From: Octopus sinensis | Lineage: Eukaryota | DNA length: 64,000 nt | NCBI RefSeq assembly: GCF_006345805.1 | Contig: NC_042997.1 | Span: forward strand, 78,430,001-78,494,000 | Reading direction: 5' to 3' | Part shown: in pieces, positions 26,281 through 41,188 of the stretch | Layout of the letters: every line of letters starts with the position of its first letter | Position numbering within the stretch: position 1 is the stretch's first letter | Program-made: the position numbers and the translations under genes | The notes under the pieces: generated by a model | Seen by the model: only the letters and a program-made list of their open reading frames with translations | The model's database searches: none | What the model was told of the DNA's origin: nothing

Positions 26281-26309
26281 GAAGACCATCAGTTGCACAC
26301 CAGCCTCCC

Positions 26310-26510
26310 CTCTCCGTGTCACTGATGTTATTCAAGGGAAAGGCAACTCAAGGGAAATCGCAACTCATTTCTACAGTTGAGTGAACTTAAGTAACATGAA
26401 ATAAAGTGTCTTGCTCAAGAACACAACACAGTACGATCAGAGAATCGAACTCATTACTATATGATTGTGAGCTCAACGCTTTAACCGCAGAGCCATGCGC
26501 ATTCACACTG
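26310..26510 (-). mobile_element. tRNA-derived SINE, family C
   Basis: Reverse complement gcgcatggctctgcggttaaagcg...gagttcgattctc...gtgttcttgagcaagacactttatttcatg. Confidence 0.7.
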
Positions 26511-26923
26511 GTAAATATATGGAGGAAATTAACTATCTCCCTCAGAAAGGTATGAAACATCTCTTTCGTATTCTCAATGTGGACACGTCTGCTTCTCGAA
26601 GGCAGGCCCATGCAGCCATAAGTTTTGTAACGGAGGCGCCTTTGTCTACCAGTGTGATATCTAGCATATTCTCTTGTGCAACTTGTGCCGTAGAAAGTGC
26701 GGTTCTGCTCAAAGACTCACTTGGGATTGTAAGTCCCAACATCCAGATGATTGGGCTACTGTTGTTGGGTGACTTGTGATCGGAGTGGAATGACTTGTAA
26801 GTCTCTTGCAGGCCTTACGAGTTGTATGAGTTACCATCAGCAATGGGGAGACCAAATTTTAGATGTTTCTTAGAGTGAAATGAATTTAGGAAATGTTCTT
26901 GCTCGGCCACGAGTCAATTTTAG

Positions 26924-26955
<32 letters not shown>

Positions 26956-26990
26956 TGTATGTATGTATGTATGTATGTATGTATGTATGT

Positions 26991-27886
26991 CATAATTCAG
27001 TTTATTGCAAGACTTCTTGCCAATAGAGAAAGAACCGGTTTCCAACCTAGATTCAAGGATCCTTCATTGGAATTTCAACATCAACAACAGGGTATGTATG
27101 TATGCATGTATGTATGTATGTATGTATGTATGTATGTATGTATGTATGTATGTATGTATGTATGTATGTATGTGCTGATTTGTATGTTTTATGTATGTAT
27201 TCTCATGCGTATAGTTGCATACCTAGACATGCTCATATATATATTTAAATGACAAACTTCTGGAAAGTTTTACAGATTTTTACAGTTCCAGTGATGGATT
27301 GGATCTGTAGTCTTCGAATTAGCTTTCTCTTTTCTGGTTTTGAGAAGTCTTATTTCTCAAGATTGGTATTTAGGCAGTGTGTTACATATCCCAGGGCCCC
27401 AATAATCACAGATATAAACCTGAACTTGTAATCTGGATAGAGCAACAGCAGATTTTTCAATAGTTCAGCATAGGTGTTCTGTTTATCACTTTATGTTAAC
27501 ATCCGCTGGGCAGCTAATTTCCACAACTGTGCAAAGTTTTTCTTTCCAACTCATCATATCAGGTCCATTGTGCTTACATCTTATTGAGGTCTTCGCTGGT
27601 ACATTCCACCAGTATTCCTTTTTATTATGAGTGGCTATAGCTTCTACCATGTTGTGGGTTCTTATTTCTTTTTCCTCGGGATTATCCTTCCGATGGATTT
27701 CATTATAGAGTGTCCTTGCTACAAGGTCAGGTCTCATCGGTAGATAATACCGTGATGACATTTTCGGACAACTGCTTATGATGTGGGTGATATCTTCAAG
27801 TGAACTCCACAAAGTCTGTATCGGTTGTCACACTTTACGACTTTAGTTGCATCTATATCCCTTTTGTGCATCAGGTACTTGGGTGC
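26991..27886 (-). mobile_element. 5'-truncated RLE retrotransposon, (CATA)n-associated family, copy 1
   Basis: RLCGVHLEDITHIISSCPKMSSRYYLPMR..EYWWNV..CTVVEISCPADVNI..LYPDYKFRFISVIIGALG; AATAAA near 3' end; (TATG)n at 26926-26990 and 27888-27958. Confidence 0.88.
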
Positions 27887-28054
27887 ATGTATGTATGTAT
27901 GTATGTATGTATGTATGTATGTATGTATGTATGTATGTATGTATGTATGTATGTATGTACGTATGTATGCGCATGCATTCCTACGTAGTTACGTTTCATC
28001 AGGTACGTACACCAGGCATTTGCTAATGCGCTCAGTATAAATATATATACGAGT

Positions 28055-28091
<37 letters not shown>

Positions 28092-28299
28092 TATGTGTGT
28101 GTGTGCATGTGTGTGTGCGTGTGCGTGTGTGAGTGCGTGTGTGTGTGTGTGTGTGTGTTTGAGTGAAATAAACATCAGAGATTAGATGCTTTGTCCCATG
28201 CAAAATCTGCAGAAGCTACTCAAGTTTTGCCAGCTTTTGTTAATCCTGAAAATACATCGCAATGCTGGAAGGCTTTCCGTATCGTCAGTATCTCAGATG

Positions 28300-30020
28300 C
28301 GTTCCACCCCTTACTTTGTACGCTTCACCTGTGGGTCAGCGAGGACTGAACTAGTTTTCTCTTGCGGAAGGGTTCCGCTTGCGGTCTCTTATCAACCTTC
28401 CCAATCTTGAGCTTGTTTCAACTTTCTTCGGTTATGTGAGTTCCGCTGTAGAAATAGCTCTCCGAACCGGCCGGAAAGCTACGGCAGCCGATTTCAATGG
28501 GCCTGTATTCCTTGTCGACTATGTCCTGATCTTTGGTTTCTCTAGCTTGTGGGAAATATCGAGTCTATCCCGCCAAAGCACTATGAGATCAACCAGGATG
28601 ATTGTTTTTGTACTCCAGAAGTATAGGAACCTGTCTAGTTGGAGTGATGTTACTGCTATTTCCTCGGGGGTGGGGACAAGTCTGCCCTTCAAGTCCATTT
28701 GCATCTCCCAGTCTGAGGCTGAATGCAAAACAGAGAACAGCTCCCCTACCATTGTTTTCGCCTCGTATAGGCTTCTTCCAGAGGCCTAGGGCATATGATC
28801 AAAATACAGCTCAGGGTCTCCTTCTTTACTCTATATCTTAAGGTTATTTGGAGATGGCAAGAAGAGTACAATTTTCCATGATCAGTACCCAACAGTTCCT
28901 TCCAGGGCAGTGGGCGCCCGGGTGCCTGGTCCCACTGTATCCATTGTTCTTGGGTGGGCAAGCCCTACTGACTTCATCCGGCTATCCTCTTTTCTTGAAT
29001 CATGGATTCTTTGCACTACGACCCCTCCCTTGCTCTTGATATTGATGTTTTCCCATATCTCGACGCTGTACTTGACAGACTACTTAAGCAATCCCCTGGG
29101 GTTTCAAATATGTTCTTCACAGCCTCCTGGGGCTTCCATTTTCTGTCACACTTTATGGTCTTGTTAACGTTTCTGACTTTTTCGCCCTCAGATAGAGGCA
29201 ATGTGCTGATTGCTCTTGCCTTTGTGTCCTTGAATTCTTCCACTACTGATGAAATTGGTAGACGGAGCTTGGAAATCTTCGCCTGAATCTACTGCACATC
29301 CTCTCTATTGCTTTTGCCCCGAGTCGTGGCAAAGTCATAAAGCAAAAATGGCCACTGCAGTTTAGGTATGATGCCATGCATGAAACACTATCTTGAAGTC
29401 AGCTATGCAATTAGGTTTTCGTGTCTTCGTCATTGCCAGTACCCTTAAGGGCATGATCATAATCTTTCCCAAGATATCGGACTCCTTTTTCTTGGATTGT
29501 CGGAATCCCTGAGCTCTGAATGCTGAAGATATCATTTGTCAACTTTCTTTTAAAGATATTCAGACTCCGAGGTTAAACTTCAAGCGTGACCATGAGGTCA
29601 CCTTTTTCAATGAGCGCAATGTCCACCGAGCCCCTCCGGTTGACGGTGTCGTACCCCCTCACAGTGGATTTCCTATGATTTCGTTAATTCGGGACCTCTC
29701 GTCTTCTTCCCTCCTACGTAGGTTTATGGCCACCGTAAGTAACACCACAAAAATTTTGCACCCTGTCATAGTGTCTTTTTTCCAGTCTCTACTAATTAGT
29801 GGTGAAATTTCCCACGATGGATAATCGTGTCAATTAACTCATTGACCAGGAGATATGGCGTTGACAATGATGGCCCAAAAGATCTTTCTTACAATATCCA
29901 AAAGAGAGATCTCTCGAAACTGGTCAAGTCCAGCTGAGTTTTCTTCTTTTGCGACAAAATATACCTTAGCAAGTACCCAGAACCAAGGTTCTTGCATCTA
30001 CTTCCAGATCAAATGTAAAC
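28300..30020 (-). mobile_element. HERO-like RLE non-LTR retrotransposon remnant
   Basis: KEENSAGLDQFREISLL (RT N-terminal), RKWKPQEAV, HSASDWEMQMDLKGRLV..EEIAVTSL, PIEIGCRSF; fragmented. Confidence 0.8.
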
Positions 30021-30825
30021 AATAACATGCAAGCAAGCATATATATCAGGAGAGAGAGAGAAGGAGGAGAGGGAGGAGGAGGTGAGAGAGATGTATATGA
30101 ATATACATGGATTCGTATCTGCAAGTATTAGTGTATCCTGTTGCTCCACGCCCCTAAGCAGGTTCGTGCGCTATATATTCATGCGCGTGCGCGTATCAGT
30201 GCGATTATGTGTCTGTCACTGCATTTATACATACATACATAAATACATACATTCATACATACATGCATGAATACATACATTATGAATAAATCATTCAGAA
30301 TACTGTCAAAATACTGCCTCGATTTACTTGGGATTTTAACTAAAAACCTATACCTTCATGGAAGAACCGACTAACATCCATATCTCCTGAAAAAAGATGA
30401 GTTGTGAACATTATTCTCCTGCCTATATTCTTCTAAATACTTTTACTCTTTATTCTTCTACTTTACTCCTTTATTCTTCTATTTTATTTCTGATAAACTG
30501 TGAATTTTATTTCTTGTAAACTGTAAATTTTCCTCGTCTAAAATATTCATACCTTGTCTCTGATAACGGAATACCCAGTGCACGGATGGAAGACTTCAAA
30601 TTCACCTTACCCTAAGTAAATTGTTCTAAATGACTTGAAATTCTCGTTCTGCCTTGGCTGTGATTTTTCTTCTAATATAATATATACCTGCTAAAGCGGA
30701 ACCCTAACACGGATCTCTAGCATTAGCTGTGATCTTGGAACCTAACGGTCGACCAACAATAGCACTTACCCATTCATTTAGATCACAAGTGAACTAAACC
30801 CCTCATATTATATAGATAGGCTGTG

Positions 30826-31205
30826 TGGTAAGAAGCTTGCTTCCCAACCACATGGTTCCGAGTTCAGTCCCATTGCGTGGTACCTTGGACAAGTGACTTC
30901 TACTATAGCCTCGGGCCGACCAAAGCCTTGTGAGTGGATTTGGTATGAAACTGAAAGAAGCCCGTCGTACATATATGTGTGTATATGTATATGTTTGTGT
31001 GTCTGTGTTTGTCCTCCCACTATCGTTTGACAACCGATGTTTGTGTGTTTACGTATCCATAACTTAGGGGTTCGGCAAAAGATACTGATAGAATAAGTAC
31101 TAGACTTACTAAGAATAAGTCCTGGGGTGGATTTCTTCGACTAAAGGCGGTGCTCCAGCATGGCCGCAGTCAAATGACTGAAACAAATAAAAGAATAAAA
31201 GAATA
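30826..31205 (+). mobile_element. SINE family B
   Basis: ggctgtgtggtaagaagcttgcttcccaaccac... through ...gcagtcaaatgactgaaac tail. Confidence 0.92.
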
Positions 31206-31219
31206 CACACACACAGAGA

Positions 31220-31665
31220 TAGGTGGAGACGTGGCTTTGTAGTAAGAAGCACATTTCTCAATCGCATGGCTCCGAGTTCCCGGATGCGTTGCACCTTGAG
31301 CAAATGTCTTCTACTATACCTTCGGGCCAACCAAAGGTTTAAATGGATTTGGGAGGAGGAATGTGAAAGAATCCCATCGTTTGTGTGTGTGTGAAAGGGA
31401 GAGAGAGAGAGAGTGCGTGTGTGTGTGAGAGAGAGATGTGTGTGTGCGCGTGTGTATATGTGTGTGTATTCGTTCCCCATCACTGCTTGACAACCAGTGT
31501 TGTTTTGTTTACGTCCCCCTAACTTGACGGCATAAGAGATCGATAGAATAAGTACCAAGCTTAAAAAACATAACTACTGGAGCCGATTCATTCGACTAAA
31601 AATTCTTCAACACGGTGCCCCAGTATGGTCGCAGTGGAATGACTGAAACAGTTAAAAGAAAGAAA
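31220..31665 (+). mobile_element. SINE family B, more diverged copy, head-to-tail with the previous one
   Basis: Diverged head gtggctttgtagtaagaagc, internal (GT)/(GA) tract, tail gtcgcagtggaatgactgaaac. Confidence 0.8.
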
Positions 31666-31902
31666 GATATATGCATATGCACACGCACACACATGTATAC
31701 ATAGTTATCTATACAAAGGAAGAGAAAAAAGGCGGAAATTATATGTAGATACCCAAATAGTAGTTATAATGAAGGGAAATGAGAGGAAGACGTTACATAT
31801 GTACATATGGCTGTATATTGTGTTGGATATGTATGCATGTATGTGTATCTGTGTGTTGTGTGTGTGTGTATATACGTATGCACACACACACACACAGATA
31901 TA

Positions 31903-31979
<77 letters not shown>

Positions 31980-32385
31980 TACATAAAATTTATGTATGTA
32001 TGTTTAATCATTTCAAGTTGCAGTTGCTTTACAAAATGTAAGCAGTGACCAAATATACAGAGTTTTTGTACGTATTTCCAGCGCTTCTTAATGAGCAATT
32101 GCCCCCACACTTATCTGATCTTCAACACAGAAATGCGTCTAATTGAATATCACTCGCAGTTTCATAACTGGGTGTATCTGTTTGTGCGTGCGTGTGTGTA
32201 TATGTATTTGTATATACGTATGTATACATATATAATATATACGTGTATATATATGTGTGTGTTATTGACATTCCGGTCAACTCAACGTATACAACTGTTA
32301 ATCCAGAAACGTTTATTTTCTATCCGTATATTTTTCCTTTCGCTATCTGTTTGTGTGTGTGTGTATCTGTTTGCTCTCCTCATTC

Positions 32386-32423
32386 CTTTCTGTAGAAGAG
32401 CGTAGGCTCGAAACGTAAAAGAC
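32386..32423 (+). ncRNA. Degenerate minimal type I hammerhead-ribozyme-like motif (possible Penelope-like terminal repeat remnant)
   Basis: cttt-CTGTAGA-a-gagc gtag gctc-GAAAC-GTA-aaag: stem I cttt/aaag, stem II gagc/gctc, palindromic ACGT stem III; core deviates from CUGANGA. Confidence 0.4.
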
Positions 32424-32526
32424 TTTTTTCTATTCCTGAGCGTTATACTAATGCATCTGTTTGTTTTGTACACCACCTGACTTCGTCTTTTGTCTTTTGT
32501 TTTTTCGTAAAATCTCCCTATATATA

Positions 32527-32749
32527 TACACGAGGGGGTTCTGAAAAGTTCTTGGATTTAAGAGTATCGCGGAAGGGCTGGTTGGAGGCCCAACCTTCCG
32601 AGTTGTTTTATAGGACTAAGAAAACCCGAAGGAACACCGCTGCAATAAATGTGTGAATCTGAGAGGATATGTTGAATAAAATTATAATTAACTGATCTTC
32701 CTGTATTTTCTTTTACCCAAAGCAAGGAACTTTTTAGCACCCCCTCGTG

Positions 32750-32751
<2 letters not shown>
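32527..32751. mobile_element. Mariner-derived MITE (about 225 bp)
   Basis: TIRs tacacgagggggttctgaaaagttc / gaactttttagcaccccctcgtgta, TA flanks inside (TA)n. Confidence 0.9.
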
Positions 32752-32784
<33 letters not shown>

Positions 32785-34187
32785 CAACCTCCCTGTGGTT
32801 TCTGGGAAGGCTGTATGTATGAGTGTGTGTATGTTTGTTTACAAATATATATAATATATCTATATACCATATGATTTGTATCTTAAAATATTTGTTTATA
32901 AAACCGCTACTGTTATATGCAATACAACAAATAACTTTCACACATGCTTCTCAAAGATAGCAAGATATTATTAATGGCATGCTTTATTAGCTGGAAAGTA
33001 GAGTAATGTACAAAGGACCTTTCACAAATTTCATTCACAAGAATCCTTCAGTCACTAATTTTCTTCATATAATTTTTCAAGTTACTCTCATTTTTGATGG
33101 ACTCACTTCCAGAATAATGAAAAACAAATTAACGTTGAACTTGGCATCGCTGCTGCAAAACATTGTTTTCTTGTTCTTCTAGAAATCCCTGTTGTAATAA
33201 CATTGCACACAATATTGATATAATACACGAACACACACACACATATATACAGCCACAAAATACACTCATTGAATACACACATATGCACATGTAATTTGTA
33301 CACACACACATATGTGTGAGTGTGTGTGTCTTTGTGTCTGTCCCTTACCACCGCTTGATAACCAGTGTTGGTATGTTTATGTTCCAGTAACTTAGCATTT
33401 CGGCAAAAGATATTTTTTATATCATGGTGTTGGATAAATAATTTAACAAAGCAAGGGCAAAGAAAGTATTCAGACGGTGCACTACTATGACTGTTACACA
33501 AGGCTAAACGCCCTCTATCAACGTCTCACGGTGAAGTGTTAACCCTGAATGGCTGACAGTTCCTTATTTTATAGCAATGTGTCAGTCCACTTTTACTCAC
33601 ATGGGGGTGGTCGGAATCCTTCCACAACATCTCCCTTTTTAGAATTAGTCTTCCCTAACCTCTCCCCTTTTGAGAATTAAACTTCGTCCAGAAATCCGTT
33701 CTTTTCCGTGTAGTTTCAAACTGTTTGGGTGTTGGTACCTCAAACGAGTCGTACAATACTTCCACGGGGATTTCATTTCGCGTAACTGTTTTTTCCTTAA
33801 ATTTTTTTTAAAGTTGGTTAATGTTTTTATGTTCTACATTTTCCCCTTTTATCAGGAATAACATTCTTCCAATTCGTTTAATGATTACACCTTCCTCTTC
33901 TTTACAATATCTATAGGTTTTTAAAAATCTTTGAAGAATTTTGAAGTATATTTGTTTCTATTATTTTTTTTCTTAACATACACAGTTGGTGATGCCCATT
34001 GACTATATTCCCCTTTTGGGATAACTCCAAATTTGTGTGTCGATAGCCAGATGAAAAAGGTGTTTTCCTGGGGCTAAAACAACAGTAACATCATCCTTTA
34101 TAAGACTGTCACTTTCTGTTGGCATATAAACTTTACTTTTCAGTACTGTTACTGTATATCTCTCGCTCAGAGATTTAAAACAAATTG

Positions 34188-34245
<58 letters not shown>

Positions 34246-34275
34246 TCTCTCCACACACACAAACACACACACACA

Positions 34276-35120
34276 TACAGAGTGTTCGGACTAAATTTGG
34301 CAGTTTGCATAAAAAGAAGAGAAGATACGAGTACTTTTTTTTTTAATCAAAAAGTATTAAGTAGGTTCTAGAGTAAACTAGATAACAGTTTACTCAAAGT
34401 AGCCGCTTTCAGCTTCAACCACGGTCCCAGGACGGCACCAGAACATGTTGCATGCGTTCCTCACTGTCACCCCGGAAAGATCTTCGAACACGTCCTTGAT
34501 CTTGTCTGCCAACTCAGCCTTGGTTTCGCATATATAACAGTTTCTGTCTTTCTCAACCGCACCCGACACATAGTAATAAATGGATTATAATCGGGGGAAT
34601 TAGGAGGTCAGAAATTGGGGCCAGTGAAGTCTTAGAAATTCTCCAAAAACCACTTCTGAATCTTTCCGGAGGTATGGGAAAGAGCCCAATCCAGCTGCCA
34701 CATGTATGCCCTTCCAGTAGCAACCCACTTCTTTCAGGTTGACTGCATTCAGCGGCTTCACATAACTGTCTGAATCAAACCTGCAGGATGAGGCGGCATG
34801 ACATTACCCTCACTAGAGACATACAGATTGGAGTAACTTGGTTTTCATGATGTCCATGTCATGTCTTTCGGTCTTTACAGAGTTCACAGAGCATTGAGCA
34901 GCAGTCATAATGTCGGCATTTTGATGCCCGGTGTGATTCATCGTAAGACAGTAACTCTTTTCCAGTATTTAGATGACTTCCAATCTTCTATGTCAGCTGA
35001 CTTTTTCTCACATATAACTTTAATGTCCATGCTTTCCAATGCTACTGACTGCTCACCAATATATCAAGTTGTTTCTAAAAAAAATTGACCTAAAGATCGT
35101 TTGATTTAGTCCGAGAACTC
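34276..35120 (-). mobile_element. Internally deleted Tc1/mariner (maT/DD37D-like) element
   Basis: TIRs tacagagtgttcggactaaat / atttagtccgagaactc; degenerate frames resembling YVWQQDSAP and WPPNSPDYNP..YYVWG. Confidence 0.7.
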
Positions 35121-35253
35121 TACAGGTTTGCACCAAAGTCGTGCACCAATAAAATAAAACTTTGGCATAACATCTTCACATTCGTTACTTTTTGTAAGTA
35201 AATGTGTTGCTTCTTGTGATTAGGGTGGTGCGTCACTTTTACGCCGCCCTGTA
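35121..35253. mobile_element. Small Tc1-like MITE abutting the previous element
   Basis: Imperfect TIRs tacagg..aaagt..gcacca / tggtgcgtcacttttacgccgccctgta. Confidence 0.55.
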
Positions 35254-35265
35254 TGAATGTGTATT

Positions 35266-35328
<63 letters not shown>

Positions 35329-37472
35329 GTGTGTGTGTGTGTGTTACAACTACAGCAGTTGTGGTCGTTGGTACCACGGCACTGTAAATGTACATACAAA
35401 TATTTATATATAACTTTATGCAAGTTATACATAGACAGTTAACATAAGTATCTTCCCACTCAGTATTCAGCTAAATAAATGACCTGATAGTGTTTCCATA
35501 AAATACAGAGATAGTAAATGTATCTCAGTCCAGCAAATTAAACGGTTTATCGTTATTTCCACGAAATTCAGAACTAGTGAAAGTGCCAGAGCAGAGATGG
35601 AAAAAGAGACATGGGGAAACATTACTAATTATATCAGTAATTGTATTTATATCAACATGTTTCTCTCTATTTTTCTCTAATAGGTTGGATATCGCACTAC
35701 ATGTTAGATATTTACTGGTATATATATATGTATGTGTGCGTGTGTGTGTGTTGCGTGTGTTTGTGTTTGTGTCTGTGTGTGCGCGTACGTGTACATAATA
35801 ATTACGTAGATACATCATACGATCATACATGCTTATTTCTATGTATATGTGAGTGTATTTGTATATATGTATAATCTTATTTCTATTCTACTTTATCTCT
35901 CATTTTCTCAGATATATTTATGCTTTCACACACTCACACTCATAAATACACTCTCACTCTTTTTCTCTACTGTTTTTTCTTTCCATAATTATATCTTTTT
36001 ATAGAACAAAAATTATTGGACGCAGCCAGGCCGATATTATCTCGTATTCATTCATTCCTCAAACATTCATAACAGTTTTGTAACTGCGAATCAAAGAGCC
36101 GTGTGTTTAACTCCGGCTGTCTTTATGTGTTGCTCAAATAATTGCACGTTTGTAATGGCGCCTGTTTTCCTGAAATAATAACTTGACTAAGAACGTATCA
36201 CAAGATGACACCGTCTTTTATTCTTTTAATGAATTGGTTTTTCTGTTCTCCAAAAGACGCAAAGTAGTAACCTTGGATTGCATAAAAATAAGATTAAATA
36301 AGTAGCAAGAAAATATTTTTAAAATAGACTACCTAAAGGCAATAAAAACTAAATGAGCTCTTTCAATTTTATTTTGAAAGGAGTTGTTGTTGAATACAGA
36401 GTTTGATATGTGTAAATATTCTATAAATTTATGAACGATAAGGAGCCGGATAGAAGATTTCTGCACTCCTAGTATGCATTTGGTCTAGTTATATTCTGAT
36501 CAACGATTGGTTGCTTCCTATTGGTTTGTACAATAAATTAAACGCCATACAAACTGATTATATCTAGGCTAATAGTGTTGTTGATGTGCAATGCAAAACG
36601 GAAATCTAAGACTGAATAATTATCTTGCTTTTTCTTATGTAAATAAATCAAAATTCCTCTCTTCCTTTTAATCTTTATATTACGGCCCACCAATAGCATT
36701 AGGTGAATAAGAAAAATTGGTTCCAAGAGTGATTGAAAGCTGGTACGTTTCTAGGTTCAACTGTTCGACATGAGGTCTTTGAGTGAATATACACAAACAC
36801 TCACTCCAACCAAGTTCTACTGATTACACTGACATACGTAAGAAGACCGAAGTACGCCCGGAGTTTACTCCCGTATTTGCAGAAAAAGGAAATGAAAGGA
36901 ATAATGGTTATTTAGTAATGCCCATTTTTCCTCATTGCATACATATTTGTTATTAACTTTCTAATGCTCTTTTCATTAAATACGTTAGCAATTGTTTTTT
37001 CATGCAAATGGTGTTTTAGAAACATTGTTTCATATCTTAGAATTTTTATTTTGTTAAGCCAGCAGCTGTACTGTACATCCAGCAGGAACAATAGAGGCTA
37101 CGGTTCGCTGGCGAGACCAAAACAAGTTCCGAAACATTTTCGTGCTAACCTAAAACTGCAATATCAGTCATTGACTAATATTATATTTTCCTGTTAATAT
37201 ACTTGTTTCTGATGAACTTTTTAATGTTCCATTCATTAAAAATATTAACACTAGATTAATTACATTTCTAAGAATGTTATTTTCATGCATATCTGAACAT
37301 TACACGTGACCTAAGTGAAAAATCTTCAAATGAACGTTACCAAAAGTTTACACCTTCAAATATTTGTACCATACTAAAAACATATGAACGATAGAAAATA
37401 AAGAGAAAAAGATAATTGTAAAATCATGAGAGAAAAGAAAAAATGCACATACTGGGAGGTAACTAAAACACG

Positions 37473-37474
<2 letters not shown>

Positions 37475-37538
<64 letters not shown>
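37475..37538 (+). repeat. (CA)n microsatellite
   Basis: Directly visible. Confidence 0.98.
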
Positions 37539-37539
<1 letters not shown>

Positions 37540-37737
37540 GCACTCCCTGTTGCTAAGCCGGGGGTCTTGCTCTTGTTTGTTTCTAGACTACTTTGCTTTG
37601 TAGGTGAGAGTTTTAGCGGTTTTATGCAAGTTGTTATGGATTTCAAATTTCAGCACGGACATTGTCTTTAACGTCTAGGATACGATAATTTGTCACTGAT
37701 GGGTCATATTCGTCAGAGTCGACAGCTACGATGTATG

Positions 37738-38283
37738 TCATTATCAAACTTTATTTCAAGATTTCTTGCAAGCACGTGTTTCTAACCTTGATCCAAAACT
37801 TTTCATTGGAATTTCAACATCGTCAACAGGGTATTTTTGATGTATGTGTGCAGTATTTGGAGTCAATACATGTGCAGATTTGTATGTTTTGTTTTATGTA
37901 TTCTCATGCAAATAGCTACATGTCTAGACATGCGCATATTTAGTTAAACGATAAACTCCTGGAAAGTTTTACAAATCTTTACAGTTCCAGTGATGACTCG
38001 GATCTGTAGTCTTTCGAATCAGCTTTCTCTTTCCTGATTTTGAGAAACCTTATTTCTGAAGATTGATGCTTAAGCAATTTTTGTTACATATCCCAGTGCC
38101 CCTATAATTACAAGTATAAACCTGAACTTTTAATCCGGGTAGATTAGCTGTAATCTATAGCTGTATTTCTATAGCATTCAAAAATAGCTGTATTTCTCAA
38201 TAGTTCAGCAGAGGTGTTTTCGTTTTCGCTGATGTTTAGTTCTATGTTAACATCTGCTGGGCAGCTGTTTTCCACTATTGTAG
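37738..38283 (-). mobile_element. (CATA)n-associated RLE family, copy 2 (3' end and 3' UTR)
   Basis: Aligns with 26991-27520 (ttcattggaatttcaacat, ctggaaagttttaca, ttacagttccagtgatg, atgttaacatc.gctgggcagct). Confidence 0.85.
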
Positions 38284-38609
38284 ACAATCCCTCTTCCCCG
38301 ATATATAACCCTGGCCACTACTACAATGGTCGTTGCGGTTGTGCCTGCTATTTACCATAGTCGTAGTAGAGGGACAGTGGCCAGTTGCATTAGCCTGTAA
38401 CGTTTCTTTCTCTGGCAGGCAGTATAGCACCTGTTGGAATGTCGCTAACAGTAAAACCACATAACGTTCTAACATCGTTCAGACTTTTGTTCATACTGTT
38501 TGGAAGAAAGTTAATTTCAGATCTTTTATGAATAAAGTTACATTCATTAACTTTTTCCTATGCGCCACAAATGTTGCTTGTGCGTATGTATGTATGATTT
38601 ATGTATGTA

Positions 38610-39450
<841 letters not shown>

Positions 39451-39811
39451 CAAACACAACAGTGTTGCCAATAGCCGCACGCATATGTATGTATGTCTCT
39501 TCTATTTTTTGATTATTATAAATCTTCCACTGAGGAGGAAGCAGGTTTCCAACAAAGACGCAAGGCTTCATCTTTGGGATGTAGTTAACACAGACAAATT
39601 CACATTTGGAACTTGAAGAAAGTTTTGCATATTTTTAGTGCTCCACTCACAGATTGCACTTGAATTAGCCGGTCGATTTCCCTTTCTGAAAATTCCAGTT
39701 AATCCAGATTCTCCTTTGAGCATTTACTAACAAAACCTAGTGCTCTATTATTTATTAACAAACCCTAGTGTTCCATAATTTACTAACAAAACCTAGTGCT
39801 CCATTATTGAT

Positions 39812-40163
39812 ATGAATATGAATTCGTAGTCCGGATATAGAAGCTGGCGATTTGTCCATAGATATTCGCTTTTTCTTTGATTTTCAAAGATATATTTATA
39901 TCTGCAAGGCAGTTGACCTGTATGACAGTACATACCTTTGCCCTTCTGTCCCAAACAACAATATCCGACCTGTTACATTTACATTTGACAGAAGTTTTGA
40001 TGGGAATATTCTACCAGTATTCCTTGAGTTGGTATTTATAACTGTATTCGATAGCAGGTGGATTTTCTAAGTTTATTTCAGGACAGTCTTTTTGCGTATG
40101 ACATTGTAAATTGTTTTAGCGACAACATCGTGCCGCAGAGGGAGGTAGTACCGTGACGACATG
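39812..40163 (-). mobile_element. (CATA)n-associated RLE family, copy 3 (internal fragment)
   Basis: MSSRYYLPLRHDVVAKTIYNVIRK..NIPIKTSVKCKCNRSDIVVWD..VCTVIQVNCLADINI..LYPDYEF; 5' junction directly at (CATA)n. Confidence 0.85.
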
Positions 40164-40331
40164 TATGTATGTATGTATGTATGTATGTATGTATGTATGT
40201 ATGTATTTATGTATGTATTTATGTATGTATGTATGTATGTATGTATGTATGTATATATGTATGTATGTATGCATGTATGTATGTATGTATGTATGTATGT
40301 ATGTATTTATGTATGTATTTATGTATGTATG

Positions 40332-40365
<34 letters not shown>

Positions 40366-40367
40366 TG

Positions 40368-40401
<34 letters not shown>

Positions 40402-40410
40402 TGTATGCAT
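40161..40410 (+). repeat. (TATG)n microsatellite of about 250 bp
   Basis: Directly visible. Confidence 0.98.
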
Positions 40411-40631
40411 GTATACATTGTGTATTGGTTTGAGACATTGAACTGTATCCAAGCTTGAAGGGTTTTAGCTTATTATATTGAGCCCATTAGTTATTTCAGT
40501 CTAGTACTTATTTTATCTTTTTCTGTTGAACCAGTAACGAACATTTCCGGCGTAAATGGATGGAATCGACAGACTGGTCTTATACCCATAAACATAAACA
40601 CAGACACAAACACAGAGAGAAGTATGCGCTT

Positions 40632-40659
<28 letters not shown>

Positions 40660-40667
<8 letters not shown>

Positions 40668-41122
40668 GGAGAGAAAAAGTAAAAGAGAGAAATGGTATTA
40701 TGTACTATTTTCCAGAAGAGAACAGAACGGAAGGGGGAAAGGAAAGGGGAAAGGAGAAAGACAAAATGAAGGATTTAACGAATAGTGGAAAATATGTAAG
40801 GAAAGAACGAATGAAATAAGAAAAGTAAGAAAGGATTGAATAGACTGAACAGAAGGAGCAAAACAAGAAAAAGAATGGAAGAAAGAAAAGAGGGAAAAGA
40901 GAAAGAAAAAGAAAGGAAGAAAAAAGAATGAAACAAGGGGACAAATAAAGAGAGAGAGAAAGAGAGAAGTAAACAAACAAATAAATAGGAGGACAGAACG
41001 AATGGAAGAAGGGAATAAAAAAAACGAAAGAAGGAAAGAATAGATTTTGACGTGTTGCCCAAAGCTGATGGAATCAGCTCCATCAGAAAGGTGAAAATTA
41101 TATTTTATCATCCATGCTCTCC

Positions 41123-41153
<31 letters not shown>

Positions 41154-41154
41154 C

Positions 41155-41188
<34 letters not shown>

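Noticed and set aside
26510-26900. Possible BEL/Pao remnant (NLWLHGPAF-like)
   Set aside because: A single short motif in a broken frame, with no LTR or other domain support.
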